This document shows, in pieces, positions 30,455 through 39,951 of a stretch of 64,000 nucleotides of DNA; positions within the stretch are counted from its first letter, which is position 1; each line of letters begins with the position of its first letter. The position numbers and the translations under genes are program-made. Origin of the DNA: Myxococcales bacterium (GTDB lineage Bacteria > Myxococcota_A > Polyangia > Polyangiales > DASUME01); NCBI GenBank assembly GCA_047601445.1, contig JASGJH010000001.1, positions 9,120,001 through 9,184,000 of the forward strand, read 5' to 3'. A model generated the notes under the pieces. The model did not search any database. It saw only the letters and a program-made list of their open reading frames with translations, and had not been told where the DNA came from.

Positions 30455-30610
30455 GTGAGTACGAGGTTTGTTCGGGACCCCTAGACGTCCCCCGCCCGAA
30501 CAAGCCCGAGGGCATCGCCGAAAACTCCCCCGTTTTACCCCGCGAAACCTCAAAGTATTCCAAAGCGCGCGTCCCGCCCCCCCTTGGGACGCGCGCTTCC
30601 CCCTATTTTA
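30455..30610 (+). ncRNA. Candidate structured small RNA with C-rich loops
   Basis: Closing helix GAGTAC-GAGGTTT / AAACCTC-GTATTC, inner hairpins, then a perfect 13-bp stem (30563-30598) and TATTTTAT; starts ~13 nt after the sigma54 motif. Confidence 0.5.
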
Positions 30611-30633
30611 TCGGGAGGGCACGCGGCTTCTCT

Positions 30634-30717
30634 ACGGGGAGGTCACGCGACCTCCCCGCCCGTCGCAGCAAAGCTGCGCCGGGGCCCACCCCACTGCGAG
30701 GCTCGCTGCGCTCACGG
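30634..30717 (+). repeat. REP-like palindromic intergenic element, copy 2
   Basis: Matches 7003-7086; hairpins GGGGAGGTC/GACCTCCCC and GCAGC/GCTGC. Confidence 0.85.
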
Positions 30718-30773
30718 TCGTGTTCGTTTCGGGCCTATTGTGGGGGGGCCCGCGCCCTCCCGTTGACTCCCAG

Positions 30774-33671
30774 TTAGCGCAGGAGCTCGAGCAAATCGCT
30801 GCGCGTGATGCCCGCCGCTGCCTCGGCGCCGTCGGTGGCCACGGCGGAGAGTGCGCGCTTCTTCTCCTGCAGGACCAGGATGCGCTCCTCGACGCTGTCC
30901 TTGGCCACCAAGCGATGCACGAGCACCGGGCGGTCCTGGCCGATGCGGTGCGCGCGGTCGGCAGCCTGATCTTCGGCGGCGGGGTTCCACCAGGGATCCA
31001 TCAGGAACACGTGGTCGGCTGCGGTCAGGTTGAGGCCCACGCCACCGGCCTTCAGCGAGAGCAGCATCACACCCACGCCGGGGTCGTCCTGGAACTCTCT
31101 CACGACCGCAGCGCGGTCGGCCGTGGAGCCGTCGAGGCGCACGAAGCGCACGTTGCGACCCTCTAGGTGCGGCTCCACCAGGTCCAGCAGGCTCGTCCAC
31201 TGTGAAAACACCAGCGCCTTGTGCCCCTCGCTGAGGGCCTCGTCGAGGGTCTCTAGCAGCACGTCCAACTTGCTCGAGCGGGCCGCCGACTGGCCGGGCA
31301 AGAGGGCGCGATGACAGCAGGCTTGCCGCAGCCGCAACAGCGCCTCGAGCGCTGCCAGCACACTGCCGCCGCTCTCGAGCTGCTCCACCACGTCCTTCTG
31401 GGTCGCCGCACGCACGCTCTCGTAGAGGGCCCGCTCGTCGTCGTCCAAAGTGCAATGCAACACCACATCCGTGCGCGGCGGGAGCTCTTTCACCACGTCG
31501 CGCTTCAAGCGCCTCAGTACGAACGGCTTGATGCGTGCGCGTAGTCGCCTGGCCGCTTCGCGGTCGCCCTCGGCGATGGGATTGCCGTAGGCGGCCTCGA
31601 AGTCCGCGCGCCCTCCCAACAGACCGCGGTTGAGGAAATGGAACAGACTCCACAGATCGGTGAGCCGATTCTCTACCGGGGTACCGGTGAGCGCGATGCG
31701 TCGCTCGGCCGGCAGCTCGTAGGCCGCGCGGGCCACCTGACTGTCGGGGTTCTTGATGGTCTGAGCTTCGTCGAGGATCAGCGTGGCCCAGTGCTTCTGG
31801 CTCAGCTGCGCCGCGTCCATGCGCATGATCGCGTAGGTCGTGATGGTGACGTCTGCCGTGACGTCGAGCGCGCGTTGCGGCCCGTGATAGGTGCACACCT
31901 TGAGCTCGGGCCTGAAGCGCGCGATCTCGGCCGCCCAGTTGAACACCACGCTGGCTGGACAGACCACGAGCGCCGGCGGCCTGAGCGCGCACAGTGCCTG
32001 CAGGGTTTTGCCCAAGCCCATGTCGTCGGCGAGCAGGGCCCCCATCTCCGCTTCGCCCAGGAAACGCAGCCAACGGTAGCCCGCGAGCTGATAGCTGCGC
32101 AGGTCGGCACGCACGCCCTCCGGCAGCGCAATCTCCGGGATGCCCGAGAAGTCTTCGCTCAGCGTGCGCAGACGCGCGAGCTCCGGCGGGGCAGGGTAAT
32201 CGAGTGCCGAGCACAGCCGCGCGAGATCCACCAGGGCCGCTGCGGGCAGGGAGTCGTCGCGCTCGTCCTTTGCAGCCAACAGGTCGCGCACCAGGTGCCC
32301 GTGCAACGCGAGGAAGTCTCGCGGCAGCGGTGCGAAGCCGCCGCCCTCGAGGGCGACCAGGGGGGAGCCATGCTGGAAGGCTGCCACCACGGCTTCTGCG
32401 GATGCGCGCTCGCCCTTCTCGGTGCGGAATGACAGCGCGAAGCTGTGACCTTCCACCGAGAGCTCGGGCGTGAGCGCCCCGCGTAACGAGAAGTTCTCGA
32501 GGCCGCTGCCGGAGATCTGCACGTCGTCCAGGGCACGCACGCGATCGGCCAGGCGTAGCGCTGCTTCACCCTCGAGTCGCTTGCGCCGGCCCACCTCGAG
32601 ACCGAGCTTCGTCTCCACCAACTTGCTCAGTCGGAGCTCCGCGTCCACGTCACGCAGCGCCACCGGGCCGCCCAGATAGGTGAGCTTGCCGCCGTCCACG
32701 CGCGCGCAGGGCGGATCGCCATAGACGATGGTCGGCAATACCTCGAGCACGCCTGCCATGATGTCCGCCGACAGCGAGAGCCGTGCGGGCAGTGCTTGGG
32801 CACCTGGCAGGAGCTCTTCCGGCACCTCCACCGGGATGCGCTCGCGCAATGCGGGGATCACGCGTCCCACGAGATCGGCCACGTCGTTCAAGGGGACGTG
32901 GCGTCCACGCTTGAGCGCCGCGAGATCGGTCTCGGACAGCTGCGGTTCACGCACCAAACACAGCTTGTCGTCGAGCACGGCAACGCCACTCTCGAAGCTC
33001 CGTGTCAGGCGCTTGTTCTCACGCGCGATCAGGCGAAAGCCCTCACGGTCGCGCTCCACGCGCGCCACCACCGAGTCCACCGGCTCACCCAGCGCGATGG
33101 GCTTGCCTTCGAAGGTCACGTCTTCGCATTCGGCGAGCCAGCCGAGCAGCTTGGGCACGAAAGCTCGCGGCACAGGCCCCTCGCGCATGTTGCCGATCAG
33201 CAGATCGATCTCCACGTCGGCGCGGCTCGTGCTGATCTGGGCCGCTTCGCCCTTCTGACGCTCTTCGATCAAGCGCGTGCTCAGCTTCTTGCGTTCGTCG
33301 CCTTGCTTCACCATGCGCGTCATGAACAGCTGGTCGCCCTTGGCGCTGAACTCGTAGCCCAGCGTGGCGGCCGGGCCGCGCACGCCGAGCAGGTCCGTGC
33401 CCTCTTTCTCTGCCTGCGCCAGCAGGATGACCGCCGCCGCTGCGTGCTGGCAGACCGGCTCCTGCGAGGGACACTCGCACGACCACTCGGAGTGCTCGGG
33501 CGACAGCGTCACGAGCGGCGAGGTCATGCCGCCCTTGGTCGCGATGCGCACTTCCAGGGAGCCGTCGCGTGCACGCTTGCCCGAGAGCGTCCCGCTGCGT
33601 GCCTGGGTGACGGCGCGGGACCAGGTGGCCGGTGAGCATTCCTCACGAATCGCTTCCAACAGTTTCTGCAC
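30774..33671 (-). CDS. SWIM zinc finger-SNF2/SWI2 family helicase
   Basis: CECPSQEPVCQH SWIM motif; LADDMGLGKT, DEAQTIKN, TGTPVEN, LKAGGVGLNLT, QAADRAHRIGQ. Confidence 0.93.
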   Translation of the reverse strand: MQKLLEAIREECSPATWSRAVTQARSGTLSGKRARDGSLEVRIATKGGMTSPLVTLSPEHSEWSCECPSQEPVCQHAAAAVILLAQAEKEGTDLLGVRGPAATLGYEFSAKGDQLFMTRMVKQGDERKKLSTRLIEERQKGEAAQISTSRADVEIDLLIGNMREGPVPRAFVPKLLGWLAECEDVTFEGKPIALGEPVDSVVARVERDREGFRLIARENKRLTRSFESGVAVLDDKLCLVREPQLSETDLAALKRGRHVPLNDVADLVGRVIPALRERIPVEVPEELLPGAQALPARLSLSADIMAGVLEVLPTIVYGDPPCARVDGGKLTYLGGPVALRDVDAELRLSKLVETKLGLEVGRRKRLEGEAALRLADRVRALDDVQISGSGLENFSLRGALTPELSVEGHSFALSFRTEKGERASAEAVVAAFQHGSPLVALEGGGFAPLPRDFLALHGHLVRDLLAAKDERDDSLPAAALVDLARLCSALDYPAPPELARLRTLSEDFSGIPEIALPEGVRADLRSYQLAGYRWLRFLGEAEMGALLADDMGLGKTLQALCALRPPALVVCPASVVFNWAAEIARFRPELKVCTYHGPQRALDVTADVTITTYAIMRMDAAQLSQKHWATLILDEAQTIKNPDSQVARAAYELPAERRIALTGTPVENRLTDLWSLFHFLNRGLLGGRADFEAAYGNPIAEGDREAARRLRARIKPFVLRRLKRDVVKELPPRTDVVLHCTLDDDERALYESVRAATQKDVVEQLESGGSVLAALEALLRLRQACCHRALLPGQSAARSSKLDVLLETLDEALSEGHKALVFSQWTSLLDLVEPHLEGRNVRFVRLDGSTADRAAVVREFQDDPGVGVMLLSLKAGGVGLNLTAADHVFLMDPWWNPAAEDQAADRAHRIGQDRPVLVHRLVAKDSVEERILVLQEKKRALSAVATDGAEAAAGITRSDLLELLR

Positions 33672-33771
33672 GGTCCTGAGGGGTAGCACGGAGGAAAGGC
33701 GCACCGTGGCGGGGCACGTGGGCATGGGGGGCCTGGCCCGGGCGACCCCGATCGCGCATCCTTGGGCCTCC

Positions 33772-34809
33772 GTGTCCACGCCGTCCTCCTTCAGCGAGCG
33801 CTATCTGCGCGAGCGCCACCTGGTCGCAGCGACCCCGCACGACGCGGGGTTGTTCCTGGTGTTGGCCCCGATGGACGGCGTGACCGACTGGGTGCACCGA
33901 GAGCTCGCATCGAGCCTCGGTGGCGTGAGCCAGTGCGTGACCGAGTTCGTGCGTGTCACCGATCGCGCACCGCCAGCGCGCGTGTTCCTGCGCGACTGTC
34001 CCGAGCTCACGCGCGGCGGGGTTACGTCGAGCGGCGTACGCGTGTTCGTGCAGATTCTGGGCGGCGATCCACACGCGATGGCCCAGGCCGGGAAGCTCGC
34101 CGCGCAGCTCGGCGCACCAGGCATCGACATCAACTTCGGCTGTCCTGCCAAGCGCGTGAACAACCACGACGGCGGGGCCAGCATTCTGCGCTGTCCCGAG
34201 CGTGCCGAGCACATCACGCGCGCGGTGCGCGACGCAGTGCCGAGCGAGATCCCGGTCACGGTGAAGGTCCGCGTGGGCTGGTCCGATGCCGACGCCATGG
34301 TGGAGATCGCGCAGGCGGTGGAGCGCGGTGGCGCTTCGTGGCTCACGGTTCACGGGCGCACGAAGAGTCAGATGTACGCGCCGCCGGTGGACTATCAGGC
34401 GATCGGTCGAGCGCGCGCAGCCATCTCCATTCCCGTCGTCGCCAATGGCGATCTCGTCAGCGAAGCAAGCTTGCTTGCGTGCTCCGAGCAGAGCGGCGCC
34501 AGCGCTTTCATGGTGGGGCGCGGGGCGCTCGCACGTCCCTTCGTGTTCCGCGAACTACGCGGTGAGCCTGTGAGTGAGCCGAATGTGGGCTACCTCGCAG
34601 CCTACGCGGGGGTCCTCGTTCGCTACGCAGAACTCATGACCTCCGGCGGCTTTACGCCCGAGGGCACCCTGCGTCGCCTCAAGCAGTGGCTGAGCCTCGC
34701 GCGCACCTTTGCGCCCGAGATTTTGCCGCTGTTCGAGCGTATCAAGCTGCAGAGCGAACTGGCTTCCGCGCTGCGTGCGCTGGAGCCCGAGATCGCCGAC
34801 GCCGCCTGA
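33772..34809 (+). CDS. dusC: tRNA-dihydrouridine synthase (DusC-like)
   Basis: LAPMDGVTD, DINFGCPAKRVNNHDGGA, TVHGRT, ANGD, MVGRGAL. Confidence 0.85.
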   Translation: MSTPSSFSERYLRERHLVAATPHDAGLFLVLAPMDGVTDWVHRELASSLGGVSQCVTEFVRVTDRAPPARVFLRDCPELTRGGVTSSGVRVFVQILGGDPHAMAQAGKLAAQLGAPGIDINFGCPAKRVNNHDGGASILRCPERAEHITRAVRDAVPSEIPVTVKVRVGWSDADAMVEIAQAVERGGASWLTVHGRTKSQMYAPPVDYQAIGRARAAISIPVVANGDLVSEASLLACSEQSGASAFMVGRGALARPFVFRELRGEPVSEPNVGYLAAYAGVLVRYAELMTSGGFTPEGTLRRLKQWLSLARTFAPEILPLFERIKLQSELASALRALEPEIADAA

Positions 34810-35157
34810 ATTTCTGGCTTCGAAATTTCAGGGCAAGGTGCGGGAAGTGCGCGCATGTCCGGCGCGCAGGGGTTCCCAAGCAGGCATGTGGGCACCCGCC
34901 AAGGCGCTGCGAACTGCCTCACGAAGTGACCCCCCAAAGTCGCGAAATCGCGCGCGAAGAGATCTGCCCACACCGCGCGACCGAAGCCGAGCTTCGCCGA
35001 GATCCACGGAAGTGTCGTGGATGTGATCCGGCAGCTCACTGACACCTAGCGATTTTTCGCGGACTCTTGAAAAGATTCGTGGTTTTTTGACGGCCCTTGA
35101 TACCTTGCCCGACGAGTGAAATGTAGTGTCACGCACCGTCACTCGGGGGGGCTCCAA

Positions 35158-35427
35158 ATGGTTGTCAGGTCCATCAGCATCATGGCGGGTCGGGATCGGG
35201 TGAGCGCCGTGCTCGAGCCTCTCCTCGGCTTCGAGCTGGGCCGCGAACGCGCGAACAACATTGCCCAGGTGCTCATCTTCAGTCCCGAGGACGCGGTCTG
35301 CATCGCGTTCGGGATGCTGAAGAGCACGGGGCTGCTCGACCCCAGCGCGGTGGCCGAGGAGGTCGCCGAGGCCTGGGCACAGGGCGTGCGCGCCGTCGAA
35401 GCGGTCGAGATGGAAAAGGTCGCCTGA
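35158..35427 (+). CDS. Small hypothetical protein (89 aa)
   Basis: GC3-biased ORF with G-rich RBS-like run, behind a ~350-bp non-coding region. Confidence 0.6.
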   Translation: MVVRSISIMAGRDRVSAVLEPLLGFELGRERANNIAQVLIFSPEDAVCIAFGMLKSTGLLDPSAVAEEVAEAWAQGVRAVEAVEMEKVA

Positions 35428-35566
35428 GATTTCGCGCGCGCAGCCTCGTGCCGCGCGCAGGGCGTACTTCGGAAAGCGCAGCGAACCACGCGGGGGGGGC
35501 CCGGCGCGGCTTGCCGCGGAGCTGAGGGGACGAGTTCTCAGCGGTGCTGCGACGGCGGCTCTCCGT

Positions 35567-37897
35567 CTACAAAATCACGATGGGATCGCAGCCGAACTCG
35601 ACGACCAGGCTGGTGGTGCGGTTGTTCTTGAAGTCCGTGCAGGCCTGACCGTACATCTGGATTTCGACCTGCGCCGGGTCAGCCCAACCCCAACCCTGGG
35701 TCTGATCGAACGGAACGACCTGGCCGTTGAGGTAGAGGTTCACCTTGGTCTTGTCCACGTAGGGATCCTTCAGCTCGCCGAGCGTGAAGGCGCAGGTGGC
35801 CAAAGACTGCGAGATGCCATCGAGCACCATGTTGAGCTTGGCCTCGTCCGGAGCAGGGTAGTAGCGGGGGGCGCTCGGGTTGTTCGGGTCTTTGATCGCG
35901 GTACCACCGTTGTCGACGATGGCGTCGAGGATCTCGTCGTCGCCGGCCGTGGCGGCGTCCACGGAGCCGAAGCGAATCACGTAGGTCTTCACTCCGAGAG
36001 CGAGCAGCTTGCTGGCCGCAGCGCCCGCGCGCGCCACGGCGTCGGCCTGGGCCACGCCACAACTCTCGGAATCGCCGCCGTCGCTCACCACGATCACGGC
36101 GCCCAATACCTGAGCCTCTGCGAGGCGGCCGGGTGAGTTGGCGACCCTCTCCAGCGCGTCGACCAGCGGCGTGAAGCCAAGCGGCAGATTCGAGAGGACC
36201 GAACGGATGATGGTGAGCTCGGTGCTGGGGCCAGGATCGACCTCGGCCTTCTCGAAGATGTCGCAAGAGCCTGGCGCGGCACCCGCGCTAGGGAACATGC
36301 GCAAGCCGAACTCGACTTCGTCGTTCACCGTGGCGACGACCGTCTTGCCGATGGATTTGGCCATCACGCCCCAGTACGTGAGCCCGCCGCCGCCGCCCAG
36401 ACTGGTGGGGATGCAGCCGGCCGTATCGGTGTTCGAGCAGTCGTTCATGCTGAGCGAGCGATCGAGCAGCCACTCCACGGCGCGCGGCTTGGTGGCCACC
36501 TGCGTGGCGGACGTGCCGCACACCTCGGCGGAGCAGCCCTTGCGCGCCTCGAGCGGCTTGCCGAAGCGAATCGCCTCGCAGGATTTGCCGTAGAACTCCA
36601 CCTCGCTGGTGTTGCCGTTGACGAAGTTCCAGCCGTCCGCCTGGTTACGGTCGCGATCAACCAGCTTGCCTGCGAGCACGAAGTTGAGCTCGAAGGGGTT
36701 GAGGTTCTGCGAGGGATCGAGGGTGGCGGGGATGGAGAAGCGGCACGGTCGCACGCGCTGGGCCACGGTCGTGAGCGCGGTCACCAGGTCCTCGACCTTG
36801 TCCGCCGCGAGGGCCTTGTCGAGACCCGTACCGCCGTTCTTGGCCAGTGTATCCATGGCGTCGAAGTTGGTCATGCGGGGCTTGCCCAGGGCCGTCAGCT
36901 GAGCGCTTGCTGCGTCGAAGCCGATTGGCAGCACGCGAATGTGCTTCTTCACCAGCTCGATGCCGAGCTTCTCGTAGGCCAGCAGCTTGTCGGCTTTGCT
37001 CGCGAAGGCGGTGCCGAAGCAGTTGTCGTTGCCGTCCGAGATGAACACCAGGTAGTTGGTGCTCTTGGGGTTCTCGAGCAGCGTGGTGTGCTCGAGGTAG
37101 TAATTGAGCGGGTCGATGACCGGCGTGAAGTCGTAGAAGATGTTGCCCTGGCCAGGCGCCTGCGGGCCCATGAAGGGCAGCACCTTGGTCTGCTGCCCGG
37201 GCATCGGCTCGAGCACGTCGTTGCGGTTGAGGCCGCAGAAGTTGAAGCCGGCCGCCACCGCTTCGCTGAAGTCGTCCGTGGGCTGTCCCCAGAACACGTG
37301 CATGCCGTAGTTCAGCTTGGGGTTATCCAGAATCATGTCGCGAATGGCTTCCTGGACTCGATACCAGTAGCTGTTCATCGACTTCGAGCCGTCGACCGCG
37401 ATCATCACGTTCACGCCGACCGGATCGAGATCGAACTTCTCTTCGCCGCAGCCCACCGGCGCCCCGGCGTCGTCGCTTTCGCCGCAGAAGGGGTTATCGG
37501 GTGGGCACACGTCGTCGGGTTTGCTGCCGGGAAGGGGCGGGCCATCGGGCAGGGGCTGGTCGGCGATGCCATCGCCGTCCGTGTCGACGCCGTCGGCTTT
37601 GCCGTCTCCATCGATGTCGATCGCGATTCCGTCGTAGAGGCCGTCGCCGTCGAGGTCGACGGGATCGTTGGGCAGAATACCGGGGTCATCCCCGCGCGGT
37701 GGGAGCGGGTTCGGGATCGTGGCCGTGGGCTCGCCGCAGCCAATGGTTAGACCAGTCAGCGCCGTCAGCAGCAGCGAGCAGGCGAGGGCGCTGCGCTTGG
37801 CGCTGCTCGGGGAGGCCTCCAGGCCCGGCGTCGAAGCGCATCCTCGGGCGCGCGAGCCGAGAGCGGAGCGCATGATTTGGCGCGAATTCTTGGTCAT
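35567..37897 (-). CDS. Lipoprotein with DxDGDG Ca-binding repeats and two vWA (MIDAS) domains
   Basis: Lipobox TIGC; AVDGSKSM and LLDRSLSM (DxSxS); ISDG/VSDG; ATGA overlap with the upstream gene. Confidence 0.85.
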   Translation of the reverse strand: MTKNSRQIMRSALGSRARGCASTPGLEASPSSAKRSALACSLLLTALTGLTIGCGEPTATIPNPLPPRGDDPGILPNDPVDLDGDGLYDGIAIDIDGDGKADGVDTDGDGIADQPLPDGPPLPGSKPDDVCPPDNPFCGESDDAGAPVGCGEEKFDLDPVGVNVMIAVDGSKSMNSYWYRVQEAIRDMILDNPKLNYGMHVFWGQPTDDFSEAVAAGFNFCGLNRNDVLEPMPGQQTKVLPFMGPQAPGQGNIFYDFTPVIDPLNYYLEHTTLLENPKSTNYLVFISDGNDNCFGTAFASKADKLLAYEKLGIELVKKHIRVLPIGFDAASAQLTALGKPRMTNFDAMDTLAKNGGTGLDKALAADKVEDLVTALTTVAQRVRPCRFSIPATLDPSQNLNPFELNFVLAGKLVDRDRNQADGWNFVNGNTSEVEFYGKSCEAIRFGKPLEARKGCSAEVCGTSATQVATKPRAVEWLLDRSLSMNDCSNTDTAGCIPTSLGGGGGLTYWGVMAKSIGKTVVATVNDEVEFGLRMFPSAGAAPGSCDIFEKAEVDPGPSTELTIIRSVLSNLPLGFTPLVDALERVANSPGRLAEAQVLGAVIVVSDGGDSESCGVAQADAVARAGAAASKLLALGVKTYVIRFGSVDAATAGDDEILDAIVDNGGTAIKDPNNPSAPRYYPAPDEAKLNMVLDGISQSLATCAFTLGELKDPYVDKTKVNLYLNGQVVPFDQTQGWGWADPAQVEIQMYGQACTDFKNNRTTSLVVEFGCDPIVIL

Positions 37898-38775
37898 CGG
37901 CACACCTTGTATCCGGGGCGGGCACTGGCGGCGTCGCCGGTGGTTACGCTCTTGTCTTGTTCGGGTTGGCAGGTCTTGCCGGGCGCCTTCTGACAATCGT
38001 CGTTGTCATTGCAGCTCAGCACACCCGTGGGCACGCCGTTGGCGGCGCCGACATCCAGGCAGGCGTCGAGGTCCATGCACTGCCGGCCGGCGCCAGGGCC
38101 GCTCCAGTGGTCCAGGCTGCCGATGGGCGAGCCCTGGCGCACGTAGCAGCAGACCTGGCTGTCCTTGCAGTCTTCGCGGCCATCGCAGGTGCTGGTGATG
38201 GCGCGGTCGACGAGCGTTCCCACGATGTAATAGAGCCCCGGGTCGTCGGGCTCATCGAGGGTGGGCGTGATCGTGCAGGCGTCTTCGGTGATGCACTTGG
38301 GCTGATTTTTGAAGCCCGAAAGCACGTTCCACCCGTCGCAGCACATGAAGTCTTCTTTGATTGCGCACTCGCTGTTGCCGCACTGGACCTTGGCCAGCGG
38401 GATCTCGATATCGAGCGGCGCGTCCCCATCGCCATCTCCATCGCCGTCGCCGTGATTCACGGGCGGCTTGTCTCCGTCGCCGTCCCCATCACCCGAGCCA
38501 GGGTCGCTGCCCGCATCGTCGGAACCAGCGTCCTTGTCCGAGTCGGGCTTGGAGGGCTTGGCCCAGGGCAAAATGGCGTCCGCCATGCCGTCGCCATCGA
38601 GATCCACGCTGTCGGCCACGCCGTCGCCGTCGGTGTCGAGGGCGATGCCGTCCTGAACGCCGTCGTTGTTGATATCGACGCCCTCTCCGACCTTCACGGC
38701 GGACCCGGAGGCCCCGTCGCCGCCGCAGGCGGTCGACACCATGAGGAACAACAACAGACTGGAGCGGCGCGTCAT
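37894..38775 (-). CDS. Cys-rich lipoprotein with DxDGDG repeats and GD linker
   Basis: Lipobox STAC; DINNDG, DTDGDG, DLDGDG; Cys-rich C-terminal half. Confidence 0.8.
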   Translation of the reverse strand: MTRRSSLLLFLMVSTACGGDGASGSAVKVGEGVDINNDGVQDGIALDTDGDGVADSVDLDGDGMADAILPWAKPSKPDSDKDAGSDDAGSDPGSGDGDGDGDKPPVNHGDGDGDGDGDAPLDIEIPLAKVQCGNSECAIKEDFMCCDGWNVLSGFKNQPKCITEDACTITPTLDEPDDPGLYYIVGTLVDRAITSTCDGREDCKDSQVCCYVRQGSPIGSLDHWSGPGAGRQCMDLDACLDVGAANGVPTGVLSCNDNDDCQKAPGKTCQPEQDKSVTTGDAASARPGYKVCR

Positions 38776-39049
38776 AAATCTCCGAAAGATAAGCCCAACT
38801 GCGTCAGGACAATTCGGGGGCATTTCAAAAGAACAGCAGAGGAAAATCGACTCCGTCTAACATCGCCCTACATTCGCGGTCAACGAGCTTGGGCTCGCAA
38901 AAGCCGCGCTTTTCTATGCATTTCTGCCCCCTCGGGGGCAGCTCGGTCTATCCGCACCGGGAAGTTCGCTCCAACCGCACCTGACTACTCTGGGTAGCCG
39001 TGCCCCGAGCCCGCGGCACCGGCTCAACGAGCGAGCTAAAGACCAGACG

Positions 39050-39718
39050 ATGTCGACGCGGGCATACGAGACTTTCTCCAAGCAAATCACCAAGCGAGAA
39101 GCGCGGATCGTCGAAGGGCTGAATGCGCCCGAGCAGATCCAAGCGTTCCTCGATCGCACGCCGTACAGCACCGAGCCCATCTATCGGAGTCCGTTGACAG
39201 TGCTGCGGGATCGGAAGGCTCACTGCTTCGATGGGGCCTGCTTTGCGGCCCTGTGCCTGGCGCGGCTCGGCCATCGTCCGCTGCTCGTGGATCTCTTGCC
39301 CTGGGACGACGACGACCACGTGCTCGCGCTCTTCAAGCGCGGCGCCTGTTGGGGGGCGTTGGCCAAGTCCAACATCGTGGGCCTGCGCTACCGGGAGCCT
39401 GTCTATCGCTCGCTGCGCGAGCTCGTGATGTCGTACTTCGACCCCTACTTCAACCTCTCCTCGTACCGCACCCTGCGCGGTTACACGCAGCCTCTGAGCC
39501 TCAGCCGCTTCGATCGCGATCTGTGGCCGGTGCGCGACAACACCATGGACCTAATTGCGGATGGGCTCGACGCGCGGCCCAAAGTCACGCTGTTTTCGGC
39601 GGCGCAGATTCGCGCGCTGACACCCATCGACCCGATCACCTACCGCGCCAACCTCTCGATCGCCGATCCCAAAGGGCTCTACAAACCCAAGCAGAGTCGC
39701 GGCCGAAGCCCGGGTTGA
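39050..39718 (+). CDS. Transglutaminase-fold protein, vasohibin-like
   Basis: AHCFDGA (Cys), DHVLA (His), WGALAKS (Ser), LRYREPVYRSLRELVMSY. Confidence 0.7.
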   Translation: MSTRAYETFSKQITKREARIVEGLNAPEQIQAFLDRTPYSTEPIYRSPLTVLRDRKAHCFDGACFAALCLARLGHRPLLVDLLPWDDDDHVLALFKRGACWGALAKSNIVGLRYREPVYRSLRELVMSYFDPYFNLSSYRTLRGYTQPLSLSRFDRDLWPVRDNTMDLIADGLDARPKVTLFSAAQIRALTPIDPITYRANLSIADPKGLYKPKQSRGRSPG

Positions 39719-39847
39719 GGCCGCGTGAAGTCTGCGGGGGCGAGGCAGTTCGAGCCGAAATTTATGGGCTCACCCGATGGGGGCTGCGCGCGCTCGGCAG
39801 TCTGTGGGGCGCGGCGGCTGCGGGGCCCACACGTGTCGTGCAAAACC

Positions 39848-39864
39848 TTGGCGACAAGGTTGCT
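39848..39864 (+). promoter_or_regulatory. Sigma54-type -24/-12 promoter upstream of the TSP3/vWA lipoprotein
   Basis: TTGGCGACAAGGTTGCT: GG-N10-GC with TTGC at -12. Confidence 0.65.
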
Positions 39865-39951
39865 CGGAGCGCCACCCATGCCCTACCTTCGTCGGGGAGT
39901 CGGAGGGCGAAAGGGCGATGAACGCCCCGCTGCCTGGCCACTCGAGAACTT

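Noticed and set aside
30774..33671. SNF2 helicase as part of an anti-phage system
   Set aside because: Ordinary SWIM-SNF2 architecture with no methylase, nuclease or other defence neighbours
35430..35566. Third copy of the REP-like element
   Set aside because: GC-rich hairpins only; no convincing alignment to the 84-bp unit
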